Assembly (NCBI RefSeq): GCF_006345805.1
Contig: NC_043008.1
Span: forward strand, 59,954,001-60,018,000
Direction: 5' to 3'
Length of the DNA stretch: 64,000 nt
Origin: Octopus sinensis
Taxonomy: Eukaryota
The notes under the pieces are model-generated. The model was not told the origin of the DNA and searched no databases. It saw nothing but the letters and a program-made list of their open reading frames with translations. Shown here one piece after another: positions 39,381 to 52,763 of this stretch (positions within the stretch are counted from its first letter, which is position 1; every line of letters starts with the position of its first letter). Position numbers and translations under genes: made by a program.

Positions 39381-39981
39381 CATACCTAGACATATACACA
39401 CACGCACACAATTAAAACTTATATATGCCAAAATTATATTTGTTTAGCCTTATATTGGCCCTGCATGAGAACTTCAAACAACTTCAAGCATTGAAATAAC
39501 CAACCAATGAATCGTTTTTGTTTTCAGGGCAATTTGACTGCTCTTTCTGTTTTCTAAAAGTCTATCTTATTGGTTTCTATTGCGCACAAGAATATTCAAG
39601 CAATATCTGAATGCATTTAAATTCTTTAAGTATTACTGTACAACAAATGAAGAATTGTGGCTATTTGAACACAGCTGCTGCAGTACCTTATCCTAATCGT
39701 AACACGGAAGGAAGGGGATAGACACCTTACTAGTTTGCAGAGGCGCCAAAAACGGAAATTTGCATATCATTCAATGTCAAGGGTGCTGTCGGTCTTCTTA
39801 AAATATTAACTTTGTGAAATATGGTCTCTCATCCCCGCTCCCTCTCTCCCCCTATTTCTCACCCCAGGGAGTGAAGCCGTTAAAAGCTTTCAACTATTTC
39901 CAGGAGTTCAGCTGGTGCGAAGTAGCAATGTTCTTTATGTAAAGACCGTTAAGTACTTCCGACTATCTATCTATCTATCTA

Positions 39982-40054
<73 letters not shown>

Positions 40055-40807
40055 ATCATATTCACTATGATACATACGCACGCATACAACACACACATAT
40101 ATGTGTATGTATAGTTATGTGCCTATATGTGAATATGTATGTGTTTGTGTGGGTCAGTGTATATGCATGCCTGCATTTATGAACATATGTATGCATGTAT
40201 GTATGTATGTATGTATGTATGTATGTATGTATCTTCACACACACATATATATATGCATGTATGTACGTATGTGTATATGTGTGTATGTGTGTGGGTGTGT
40301 GTGTGTGTGTGTGTGCGTGTGCGTGCATGTGTGTTGAGCAATTTTTATACTGCAAATTAGGAGTTATATAAATATATAAATAAATGTCTGTACAATAAAT
40401 ACCAGACTGCTTTAAATACTGGAGCCGATGTCATCGACTTAAACCTCGAAGGTTGTACCCCCACCACGCCATAGTTTGATGATTGACAGCAGTAAATTAA
40501 TAAAAGAATTATATTTTATATTCCATATGTCCATGTAAAATATACTTATGACAGCCATTACATGTAAGCTAAACAAATTTTCCTTTAATACGAACATCTT
40601 GGCACGCTAGTCTCATACACGAGCATATACATATTCAGATACATACCAACGTTTAAACTACAATTTACACATGAACAACAGCAACACACATACGCAGACA
40701 TATGCACACACAAACATACAAACATACAAACACTCACACGTATACGCTTTTGCGAATTCTCTACGTCTGTCTCGATTTCTTTTTGGTTTCTTTTATACAA
40801 TCATACG

Positions 40808-40875
40808 TTTATAGTGTAGTGGTTAAGAGCGCGGGCTACTAACCCCAAGATTCCGAGTTCGATTTCAGGCACTGA

Positions 40876-40879
<4 letters not shown>
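40808..40879 (+). mobile_element. tRNA-derived Pol III head (SINE-like, not a functional tRNA)
   Basis: A box TAGTGTAGTGG (40812-40822) and B box GTTCGATTT (40857-40865, one mismatch). The anticodon and T stems are broken. Confidence 0.7.
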
Positions 40880-40938
<59 letters not shown>

Positions 40939-40977
40939 TACCTTAGGAATGAGAACCCAGGTTCGAAATTTCCCCAA

Positions 40978-41023
40978 GACACCTGATGAAGGCTGGAGAG
41001 TATATCAGCCGAAACGTTGTGTT
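40978..41023 (+). ncRNA. Minimal type I hammerhead ribozyme, intact core
   Basis: GACAC-CTGATGA-A-GGCTG[gagagtatat]CAGCC-GAAAC-GTT-GTGTT. Stem I GACAC/GTGTT, stem II 5 bp, palindromic ACGT stem III (dimer type), GUU triplet. Confidence 0.75.
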
Positions 41024-41132
41024 AACAACAAACAAGATAAGGATAAATATCCGTCAAATGTAAATAATGAATCATACACATATACAAAACTTTAATCATC
41101 CACACACGTATATAGATACATACATACGTACA

Positions 41133-41165
<33 letters not shown>

Positions 41166-41209
41166 TCACATATATACCTTTTTTATATATGTGAATATAT
41201 CTTTATACA

Positions 41210-41273
<64 letters not shown>

Positions 41274-41832
41274 CGTATATGTGCATGCATACATATTTAT
41301 AAAATCTCACTCCGTGTCTGTCTTTCCTTTCCATACATAAACACTCACGTATTAAAAAAATGCTGGCTCACAAAAGTATTTGTAATGTTTTGTCTATCTG
41401 CTTGCCTGTCAGCCTGCCTGTCTTTTCTCTTTTTTTTTTGCTTCACTTTCTTCGAACATTTGTCTCAGTCACAAGTACACACACACAAAACATACATTCA
41501 TTCTTGTACATTGAAAACACTGTATTAGCCTCTTTGCTGAGTTGCAATAAATAGTTTTACATAAAAATTAGCAAGCCATTAGAATTCTCTCCACATTGTT
41601 CAAGTAGCATGAAAAAATAAATTCCTGGGCGTAAACTAAGAGCTACTTTCGAACGTTGCTTCACTGGTGCATTGAGGTGGGTCCTGATATCTTATGAACC
41701 AAGTAGTGTTCGCCTACAGAAACTTAGTTTAGCTTACTAATACTAATTATTACTGGGTAATATCCTCTGGTATGCAAGAAAACGTGTGATGGTCTGCATT
41801 ATTTTATAACCTACATTTTTCTTTATTTTTCT

Positions 41833-41872
41833 AATTCTGTGATGAAAGGCAAATATCCGAAACGTTAGAATT
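41833..41872 (+). ncRNA. Minimal hammerhead-like motif with C3G core change (copy 1)
   Basis: AATTCT-GTGATGA-AA-GG[caaatat]CC-GAAAC-GTT-AGAATT; perfect 6-bp stem I. Confidence 0.6.
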
Positions 41873-42369
41873 TTTATCCTTCCCGCGTACGGTAATCTAA
41901 CACTTCTCTAGATTTCTATATTCAGTATTACTGCAGTCATAACTATATATTTAATCTTACGTAGCTTTGAAAAGTCATAGTTATATTTTAGAGAAAAAAA
42001 TATTAATAAAACGTGGATAGTTGATACTGCACCAGCTTGGCCACAGTCCAGTAGCTTGAAGCAGTAAAATATTTATTGCAGTGGATTCCGCATAAGCCAG
42101 GCCTAGTCACACAGATCAATGATAAAAATGAATTCAAGCCATAATCGTTCCATCTTTATATGTTCAGACATAGTGTATAGAGGTGCTGGTATGGCTGTAT
42201 GATTCAGAAGCTCGCGTTGCAACCGCATTGTTTTGGATTCGGTCCCTCTGTACGGCACCTTAGGGGAGTGTTCTCTACTAAGCCCCTGGCCAGCCAATGC
42301 ATTGTGAGTGAATTCGAATGATAGAAACTGTGTGGAAAACCGTCGTATATGTATGTGTTTAGGGCTTTG

Positions 42370-42425
<56 letters not shown>

Positions 42426-43013
42426 GTGTGTGTGTGTGTGTGTGTGTATGTGTGCGTATATGTGCATGCATACATATTTATAAAATCTCACTCCGTGTCT
42501 GTCTTTCCTTTCCATACATAAACACTCACGTATTAAAAAAATGCTGGCTCACAAAAGTATTTGTAATGTTTTGTCTATCTGCTTGCCTGTCAGCCTGCCT
42601 GTCTTTTCTCTTTTTTTTTTGCTTCACTTTCTTCGAACATTTGTCTCAGTCACAAGTACACACACACAAAACATACATTCATTCTTGTACATTGAAAACA
42701 CTGTATTAGCCTCTTTGCTGAGTTGCAATAAATAGTTTTACATAAAAATTAGCAAGCCATTAGAATTCTCTCCACATTGTTCAAGTAGCATGAAAAAATA
42801 AATTCCTGGGCGTAAACTAAGAGCTACTTTCGAACGTTGCTTCACTGGTGCATTGAGGTGGGTCCTGATATCTTATGAACCAAGTAGTGTTCGCCTACAG
42901 AAACTTAGTTTAGCTTACTAATACTAATTATTACTGGGTAATATCCTCTGGTATGCAAGAAAACGTGTGATGGTCTGCATTATTTTATAACCTACATTTT
43001 TCTTTATTTTTCT

Positions 43014-43053
43014 AATTCTGTGATGAAAGGCAAATATCCGAAACGTTAGAATT
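43014..43053 (+). ncRNA. Minimal hammerhead-like motif with C3G core change (copy 2, inside the duplication)
   Basis: Identical to 41833-41872, offset by 1181 bp. Confidence 0.6.
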
Positions 43054-43550
43054 TTTATCCTTCCCGCGTACGGTAATCTAACACTTCTCTAGATTTCTAT
43101 ATTCAGTATTACTGCAGTCATAACTATATATTTAATCTTACGTAGCTTTGAAAAGTCATAGTTATATTTTAGAGAAAAAAATATTAATAAAACGTGGATA
43201 GTTGATACTGCACCAGCTTGGCCACAGTCCAGTAGCTTGAAGCAGTAAAATATTTATTGCAGTGGATTCCGCATAAGCCAGGCCTAGTCACACAGATCAA
43301 TGATAAAAATGAATTCAAGCCATAATCGTTCCATCTTTATATGTTCAGACATAGTGTATAGAGGTGCTGGTATGGCTGTATGATTCAGAAGCTCGCGTTG
43401 CAACCGCATTGTTTTGGATTCGGTCCCTCTGTACGGCACCTTAGGGGAGTGTTCTCTACTAAGCCCCTGGCCAGCCAATGCATTGTGAGTGAATTCGAAT
43501 GATAGAAACTGTGTGGAAAACCGTCGTATATGTATGTGTTTAGGGCTTTG

Positions 43551-43587
<37 letters not shown>

Positions 43588-43597
43588 CACCGTGATC

Positions 43598-43897
43598 ACC
43601 ATGACCAACCAGGCTATCAGATGTTGCTACACACCGCTGGCTGGTCACAATGTGCTTCGCATTGTTTTAGCCTTCAAATGACGCCATCCCGCCGGCTAAG
43701 CGAGTAGGCCAACAGAAGAAAGAGTGAGAGAGTTGTGGCGAAAGAGTACAGCAGGGATCACCCCCCCCCTGCCGGAGCCTGGTGGCGCTTTAGATGTTTT
43801 TGCCCAATAAACACTCACAACGCCCGGTCTGGGAATCGAAACCGAGATCCTACGACCGCGAGTTCGCTGTCCTAACCACCGGGCCATTGCGCCTCCA
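43598..43897 (-). mobile_element. SINE family C variant with an alternative 3' end
   Basis: Same head with a ccttcaaatgacgccatcccgccggctaagcgag 3' module; inverted relative of 53531-53839. Confidence 0.8.
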
Positions 43898-46800
43898 CAC
43901 CTGGTTCTAATGATGATATAATTACAAAGTAACGGTATAATATGAGAATTCTAAGTTGTTATTAAACTAAATATCTGAGAAATATACGTATAAAAATGCT
44001 TTTGTGAAAAATAAGAATTAACCTTTTCCTGCATCCATTTCTAAAAAAAAAAAAAGAAAAAAAAGAAAGAGAGAGAAGAAAACTAGCTTGGAGAGCATAC
44101 TTATTTGAATGCTGAATTTCACTTCTGGAAATTATCCAAATACTATCATTTCGTTTTTAATTAGGTTGAATAAAAATTTTTGTAAAATATAAAGATATTA
44201 CAATTTCTACCTCACTTTTACCATAAACCGCGAGGCTATACATATAATATTCTGGAGAGAGAAGTAACGCTTCATTACTAGAGCCAATGAAATTTGTCTG
44301 GAGGCTAAATTTATAACATTGTGCTAATTCTAATTCTATTAGGTTCTGTATTCAGAATAAGTTTTCCACATTTTGAAAGTATTAAAGAATCTATTAAAGT
44401 TTATAGAACTATTAGTTTGTGCAGGCCATGCGTCTAATTAGAAACCCATTATTTTCTGTAATCATGGCAATAATTTGTTGTTGAATACAGCATCAGATCA
44501 CACCTGATTGATTACTCCTGTGATAACAACTTTACTAGCTGCGAGCAAGTTATGTTGTTTTGCAATGCATTGTGTATTTAATGCTACACCATACGATATT
44601 ATCACAGATAGTATTTTTTGGTGACAGGGGTACGTTAAGTGATAAGTAAAGACAAATTTGGTTACTATTTGGTAGAAAATTCATTGACCACTGACAGATG
44701 GCATTGTTAGTTCGCGGACGGAGGCAGTTGTAGCTTTGAGTAGAAGTAAGTTATGTTCTAAAAACGAAAGAGACCGTAACATTATATAGGGCGAACGTTC
44801 TACTTCAGTTGTCGTAACATTGAACATATGAGAAGTATACCATGATATTGCGGGTGTTCTTTTTCCTGCAACAGAAATGAACGAAATACTACCATTCATT
44901 GACTACTAATGAAGGCTCTGGTTACTTATGGCAACTAGTAGTTGCGTTATTGTTATCTTGTTGTATGATTTCATTGGAGTTATCTACCTTGTTATTTTTT
45001 TAATTCAGGTTCGTAATGACCTCTGAAAGAGGTTTATTCTCTAATTTCATGAATAGAGAAGTCTTAATGATGGCTTTTCAACTGATGTCTTAAATCTATG
45101 AAAGCTTACTGTATGTCTACGTATGCATTGTGCCTGGTGGCTCGTTCATATCTGAGTTCAAATCCGCCGAGGTCGACTTTGCCCTTCATCCTCTCGGGAT
45201 CGATAAAATAAGCACCAGTCAATTACTGGGGTCGATGTGATCGACTTACTCTCTCCCCACAAATTTCAGGCCTTGTTTCATTATTATTATTATTTTTCTA
45301 TGTTTGACTTTTGCTTTATGTTTGTACAAGTTGGCTCTAAGTCTCACCCAGAGACCTCAAGAGACAACAGGCTGGAAGTTCACGTTGTTGTTATGCCTAG
45401 TGTGCCATATATTTGGGTTTTTTTCCCCTTTCTTTTTCTTCCCCTTTTTTTTCTTTTTGGTGTTGTACTAGTGAATGTCTAATAAATAAATTTTTAAAAA
45501 AAGTTTGTTTTAAACCTTGGGATTACATAGAGAGTATTTTGCGTAGGATATGAGCAGTTCCCATGAGCACTGTCTTTTGAATTTCTGCTTATTATTATTA
45601 TTATTATTATTATTATTGTGAGTTCGCAGAATTGTTAGCACGTTGGACAAAATGCTTAGAACCTTTCTCCCAGCTCTTCTCATTGTGAGTTCAAATCTCG
45701 TTGAAATCAGCTTCGCCTTTTACCATTTCAGTGTCGTTAAAAATAAAGTAACAATAAAATACTGGAGACAATGTAATTGACTATCAACCTCCTTCGAAAT
45801 AAGAAAGAATTAAAAAAAAAAATTCTCTTGATGATTAGTGAAAACAACTAAACCATGTTTGACGATGTCCCATTTTTTCACCGTGTTATATGCGCAGGAA
45901 GTTGGTAATTTAAACGAAATGGTTCCTGGATTAAATTGTCAAGATATTTAGTTTGATATATATCTCAGGTGAATCTCAAGCATTTCACTGTTTGCAAAAT
46001 GACAGACGTAATCAGGTAAATTATAATCGGAAGTGTTGTTGTGTTAATCCCTCGCAGCTCTCGACTACCTTCATTCACATCGAGATAAGTAGCTAAAGTG
46101 AAACGGAACAGTATGCGCTAGACTATGAAATAATCTAGCAAAATTTTCCCAAGAGGTATTTGTCATTAGAAGAGATAAGCGGGTAAATATTTGTACGCTT
46201 TTTCTGTGAAATATTTGTAAGTAACATGATATTTGTGCTACAGACCACCCTTCTTCTTTACTTGTATCCTCATGGCATCTCTCTGTTTCACTTTACTCGA
46301 AATGCCACGTAAATTTGTACCATTTTCATACGTAGGCATTGCTCATAGCTAACGTTCTTATATCTTGAGTGTCTTTATATTTTTTATTCAATGGCTGTAA
46401 TAAACAACCTCCTATAGAGTATTATCTTAAACATTCCTTTTCTCCACCTAGTAATATTTAAGGAATCAAACTAAGCTGCAAGTATCATCAGGATAAATCT
46501 TCCTTCCTTCTCGTAATCCTCGATTCTGCTTAGTTACACACTAGAAATTTCGATTGCGTTTATCTTATTTATCTCCCCTGTGAAAGTTGGTAATAAATTT
46601 TATATGACTTCTTTATCAATTCCAGGATTCTATTGTGAAATGAATAGCTTCACCAACCTTGTAATTATTTTCGTTATTAGCTTCTTCACTATCATGAGTA
46701 CACTTACCCCCATTCTGCATACTTATCTCTCTCTCTTCCATTATTTCCTCTCTGTCTTTCTTTGCATGGAAATACAACTAGTATAGCCAGTGATATATAT

Positions 46801-46960
46801 ATATATATATATATACAAGAAAAAAGCAACAAGAATGGATTAGTTGTTCAGTACAATTGTTTCATACGAAGAACAGTACCAGATTCATGTGAATTCATTG
46901 GAACTCACTTGAATCTTAATTGTTTTACTTAATTGTTTTACTGAAATTATATACATATAT

Positions 46961-46992
<32 letters not shown>

Positions 46993-47013
46993 ATATATAT
47001 ATATATATAATAT

Positions 47014-47384
47014 AGGAGTGGCAGTGTGCTAAGTAGCTTGCTTACAAATCACATGGTTCCGGGTTCATTCTCACTGCGTGGCACCTTGAGCAAGTGTCTT
47101 CTACTATAGCCTCAGGCTAACCAAAGCCTTGTGAGTGAATTTGGTAGACGGAAACTGAAAGAAGCCCGTCGTATCTGTGTATATGTGTGTCTGTGTTTGT
47201 TCCCCAACATCGCTTGACAACCTATGCTGGTGTGTTTACGTCCCCGTAACTTAGCGGTTCGGCAAAAGAGACCGATAAAATAAGTACTAGGTTTACAAAG
47301 AATAAGTCCTAGGGTCGATTTGCTCGACTAAAGACGGTGCTCCAGCATGGCCGCAGTCAAATGACCGAGATAAAGAGTAAAAGA

Positions 47385-47388
<4 letters not shown>
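47014..47388 (+). mobile_element. SINE family A
   Basis: Full match to the family consensus. Confidence 0.85.
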
Positions 47389-47437
<49 letters not shown>

Positions 47438-49454
47438 TTATATAGAGAGAGGGATAGAGAGACATAGATATGTATATATAGGTATGTATATATTTATTTG
47501 TTCATGTAAATAGATATATGCGTGTAGATGTGGGTATATATACGGATATATTTATATGTATGTAATGTACATGCAGCCCCAGACCAACCAAAACCTTTTG
47601 AGTGGTTCTACAAGGCAACAACTGAAAAAAAAAAACCTGATTGTATAATGTAAATATATGTGCATGAGTGTATGTGCGTGTGATTGTGTGCGTGCGTGTG
47701 TATTAGTGGTGTAAACGTGTAATTTGTCACATCGGCTTGTTGCCGCTCGAGAACGTGTAAAAGTACACCATGTTACTTCATTTCTGAAGCGTGTTTCAGG
47801 AAACAAACATGATATAGTTTACACGGACTATGTGAATTCTCAGCAGTTTTGCCTATACATATGTTAAGTCCGATGTAGTATTTTCGCACCAGTGATCGCC
47901 CGTTTATTAAATAAGTTACACTAAAGTTTAGTGCAGTTTATGATTTATTAGGTATCAACAAGTATTAAGTTCAAATATCGCCAAGTTCAGCTTTACCTTT
48001 TAGCCCACCGGAGTCGAAGTGTATCCCTCAGGTACTGAAATCCAATACCTTGAGTAACCTCAATTCAGAAATATTGTGCCTTAACCAGAAATGATTATTA
48101 GAAGTAAAAATGTCGGAGGATTGGCTGAGGAATTATAGAGTTCAAAGCAAATTCTTTGCAGTGTTTTATTTGTTTCACATTCTACTGAGATCTACTTTAA
48201 CCTTTCATACCTCTGCTGTTGATAAATTAAAGCATCAATGAAATACCAGAGTCGATGGCACAAACTAATTCGAATCCCTAAAATTTTCTAGCCTTGTTCT
48301 TAATTAAGAAGTAGTTATGTATCAAAAAGCGCTGTCATTATGTAGTAATGTGCTGAGGTAGGATTTGTCTCATAGTATCAAATCTACGGCTGTTTCACTT
48401 GAGTATTATTGGAGTTTCTGTTGGCGAGGAAGTATGAGGGGCAGGGTGGTTAAGGCAGAGTATGAGACTGATTGGGAAATGATGGACGGTGCGTGCTGGT
48501 ATTTGGTGCAAGCATGTGTGATTTTGAGAATGATGTGGAAGGAATATAGTATGTTGTGATATTCTTGATATCGGAGTTTTCTAATTTATCAAGGATCTGT
48601 GTTAGTGTTTCTGGATAGGGAATTGAAATAAGAAGGAACCAGGAGAGAGTAGGGTCTCAAGCATAACAGGTTAATTGGAATAACATATTTCTGTCCTATA
48701 TTTGGTGTTGTTTGCGATATAATTCCAAAGAAACTTTTTTATTGAGTATAAAGTTCAGTATACACGTAAATGTTTCATGAAACTCATAAGTATAGACATT
48801 TTGTGTCCCATTGACCGAATAAAAAGTATTTATATTCTACCAACAGTACACATACACACACATAAACGCACGCACGTAGACACAACGTAGTTACACGCTA
48901 TTATATAAATAGCGTTATCTGCTTCGAGAGATACCATTCCAGAAAAGTATTATTTCATACTCTCCAAGTTTCTAAATTCTCATGTCGTCAACAACATGGA
49001 ATTATCGCTAGTGAGAACAACATATCTAAAATGTAGGTCTATTGGTAGAACGCCTATCAAGATAATGGAAGACACAACGACCGCTTTGTGCTTGAATGAG
49101 GCGTGTGTGATGGCGGAGGATGGGGTCAGAAGCAATGTTGAGGAGGAATATGGATAAGAAGTTGAAAAGCCTCAGTGTTATTGAAAGTTCCTAGTTTGGA
49201 AAAAGAAAGGGAAGAGGCTTAGTGCCTCATTTTGTTATTGAATATTGTGAACAATGTAAGAGGTTTGTTACCTTATGAATAATATAAGAGATCAATGTTA
49301 TCGGGAAAGAATGATCGGCGGGCGTCGCTTCCCCTCCCCATTAATCATCATTTTCCTTTTTCATTTCATTTCATAACATTATGTCAGTGTCCAGCCCCCA
49401 GCTTTCTTTCTCTATGTAAGGCCTTTATGGCCGATATAATGAAATAAAGAAGAA

Positions 49455-49609
49455 TGCTTTCCAACCACATGGTTCCGGGTTCAGTTCTACTGCGTGGCAC
49501 CTTGGGCGTCTACTATAGCCTTGTGAGTGGATTTGATAGGCGGGCACCGAAAGAAGTCCGTCGTCTGTGTATACATGTATGTATGTATGTATGTATGTAT
49601 GTATGTATG

Positions 49610-49676
<67 letters not shown>

Positions 49677-49890
49677 GTGAGTGTGTGTCTGTGTTTGTTC
49701 TCTCGCCATCGTTTGACAAGCGATGCTGGTGTGTTTATGTCCCCGAAACTTAGCGCTTTGCCGAAAGAGACCTATGAGTACTAGGCTTTAAAAAATAAGT
49801 CTATGGGTCGAAAACCCTTTAAGGCGGTGCTCTAGTATGGGCGCAGTGAAATGACTGTAGCAAGTAAAAGAATAAAAGAGTAAAAGAATA
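49455..49890 (+). mobile_element. SINE family A
   Basis: Match with an expanded internal (ATGT)n/(AT)n tract. Confidence 0.8.
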
Positions 49891-49970
49891 TATAAACTGA
49901 TACATCTGTTTGTTGTTTACACACCCATCTTCGTCTTTTGTTGTTTTTTTTGTAAATTCCAACTATATAT

Positions 49971-50020
<50 letters not shown>

Positions 50021-50151
50021 TCGCACACACATTATATATATATATATATATATGGGGAAAGATCAAGCAGATTTCTTTATATCACACACACGCGCATATA
50101 ATTTATAACTCTATATAAATGTGTTTATGCATATACATATATACACACACA

Positions 50152-50190
<39 letters not shown>

Positions 50191-50315
50191 TCACACACAG
50201 AAGCACATACACGCATACGTGTTATACATACACACACATATTTATATATATATATATATACACACACACTCATACACACATACACATTTACACACCGAAG
50301 CAGATACATGGACGC

Positions 50316-50374
<59 letters not shown>

Positions 50375-51239
50375 ATATATAGTTAATCCAAACAAGAAAA
50401 CAAAAAAACACAACAACGCAAGGACGTGGAACAAATAAAGTATTATTGGACGCTCAGGAAAGAAGGGAAGATATATATATATATATATATATATATATTC
50501 TTCTATTCTTTTATATACTTCAGCCTTGAGGCTGCGGCCATGCTGAGGCACCGCCATTGCTTATATGTATATATATATATTCCATCGCAGCTGTATGGCT
50601 GAAACGTGTAAGAGAGCAAAAGAGCGTAGATTTTTAGCTTCTATGCGCGTATGTGGACATGAAGTAAAACGAAATCTGTGTTCTCATTCCTTTCTCCTCA
50701 TCTTTTCCCCCGCTTTATCAATTTTTCCTTCACTTCTGCTCTCTCTCAGCTCCCGTTCTTCCCGCTTCCTTCCAACCCTCACATCTTCTCTCCTTCCATT
50801 CCTCCTCATTTCTCTCTTTCACTCACTCACTCATTCACTTAGTCTCTACATATTTCTCTTCCATTTGTTCCCCCCTTTTTTTTTTTTACTGACTCCGCAT
50901 CTCTCCACATCTACCCACCTTCTCTCATCGTTAAGTGCTGCAATACAATGTATATTTAAGTAGCGTGTGAAGTGATTTCGCTGTGCCGTTCTGTAAAATA
51001 ACAATTGGGCCCTAATGTCTAAGGCTAAGGAAGTCTTAATGATTGAAACACCACCCACCACATCTACATACCAGCTACACCCTGCCTATCACCACTCACT
51101 TATCATAAATTTCTCTATTATATTTGGAACAACCAGACATTCTTCCACTTCTTATTCTACTGGATATTGTTGTTCTTTATCGTTTTCTTGCTCTTGTTGT
51201 TAATATCCTTGTTCTATTCCCTCTTTTTCTTTATCTTCT

Positions 51240-51800
51240 TTTCTCCACCTGCTCCTCCGCTTCTTCTTCTTCCATCTTCTTCATCCATCTTCTTCTTCTT
51301 CTTCTTCATCCATCTTCTTCTTCTTCATCCATCTTCTTCTTCATCCATCTTCTTCTTCTCCTTCTTCTCATCCTCCTCCTTCTTCTTCTTCTTCTTCTTC
51401 TTCTTCTCTTTCTTCTCCTTCTCCTCCTCCTCCTCCTCCTCCTTCTTCTTCTTCTTTCTTCTCCTGCCACTAAGTGGATGTTGGAACTTCCGAAAATAGC
51501 AGTGAAATCTTTCTGAAATCATTCGTTATCATCTTAAATAGAGAAGAATACCTAAAGCAGTGTAGCCTCTCATCATCATTATCATCATCATCATCATCTC
51601 CTGCAGCAGTAACAGCGGCAGCAGCAGCAGCAACACCACTATCATCATCATCTTCATCATCATGATCATGATCATCACTGACTTTCTCACACGCACCACC
51701 ACCATCACCACCGTCGTCGTCATTATCATGATCACCACGGTCACCACCTTCAACACCATAATGACAATGAAGATGACAACTAATATAATTATGATGCGGT
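51240..51800. repeat. Compound trinucleotide array (CTT)n-(CAT)n-(CAG)n
   Basis: Direct reading; accounts for the low-complexity ORFs here. Confidence 0.95.
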
Positions 51801-52763
51801 GGTTTGAAGCGGGTAGACTAAGTGAAACCGGAACCATGCGGTTGAGAACTAAACTTCTTACCGCACGGCCACGCCTTCACCTATATTTAAAATAAGTTAG
51901 CAGTCGATTACACCATAATTCTTTGATATGAAGCTAGCACATAAAACTCGATAATTGTGTCCGAACGAATAAAATTCACACAATGTTTGCGCACACGAAG
52001 CCATTTTTAATATCCTATCAAAAAGAAAAAAAAAATTATATCAGACATCAAACTGGTCTTCATTATTTAACAGATCTTTAATTAATTAAAAATGCCTACG
52101 AATCAGATTTCCAATGTTAAGTTTCACTGACCCGTCATTCCATTATTTCTGACCTTATAAAACATTTTTGAAATACAATTTCCAGTTACGTCATAGCCAT
52201 TGTTTTTTTATATTATAAAAAGAAACCTGTGTTTTATTACACGAGTCAATCAATTCATCGACTTTTTTTTATTCATATTGATAAATTTGCCATCGAGCAA
52301 TCTTTAATTATCTACAGGTATATAAATCTGGGTTTCATTACCTGCTGTTCCCTTTCTACATAATATTGACTCCAAATTTTGGCTCAAGGCCAGCAAGTTC
52401 TGAAGAGGGTCTAAGTCGACTACATCGACTCCAGCAGTGATCTGGTACTTACTTTATCGACCCCGAAAGGGATGAAAGGCAAGGTCAACCGTAGTGGGAT
52501 TTGAGCTCAGAAAGTAAAGACAGTCAAAATACCGCTAAGCATTCTGTCCTCTCGTATTAAAGATTCTGGCAGCTCGCTAATGATACAAACATCCAATTTC
52601 CAAGCTGAGGTACTTTTTATGAATTATTCACAGATATGAAATCCATATCAATCTCTTATAAAGCCTATGGGAAAACAGTCTTCACAAAATAAATGATTGA
52701 AATTTGATGGAAGACTGACTTCATCTTATTCAGAAGATAAACATTATTATTATTCAATTGTAT

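Larger units (their letters stand above)
41240..43557. repeat. Direct tandem duplication, period 1181 bp
   Basis: Anchors at both ends and in the middle are all offset by exactly 1181 (41299/42480, 41833/43014, 42361/43542). Breakpoints fall in (AT)n tracts. Confidence 0.95.

Noticed and set aside
40808-40879. Functional tRNA gene
   Set aside because: Anticodon and T stems are mispaired and there is no clear acceptor stem; treated as a SINE-type head.
48380-49240. Purine-rich blocks resembling decayed LINE RT 3' regions (similar weak signals at 9790-9960 and 12510-12838)
   Set aside because: Too degenerate to assign by eye.
50590-50625. GGCTGAAACGTGTAAGAG, resembling a hammerhead 3' half
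   Set aside because: No CUGANGA box or stem I partner upstream.
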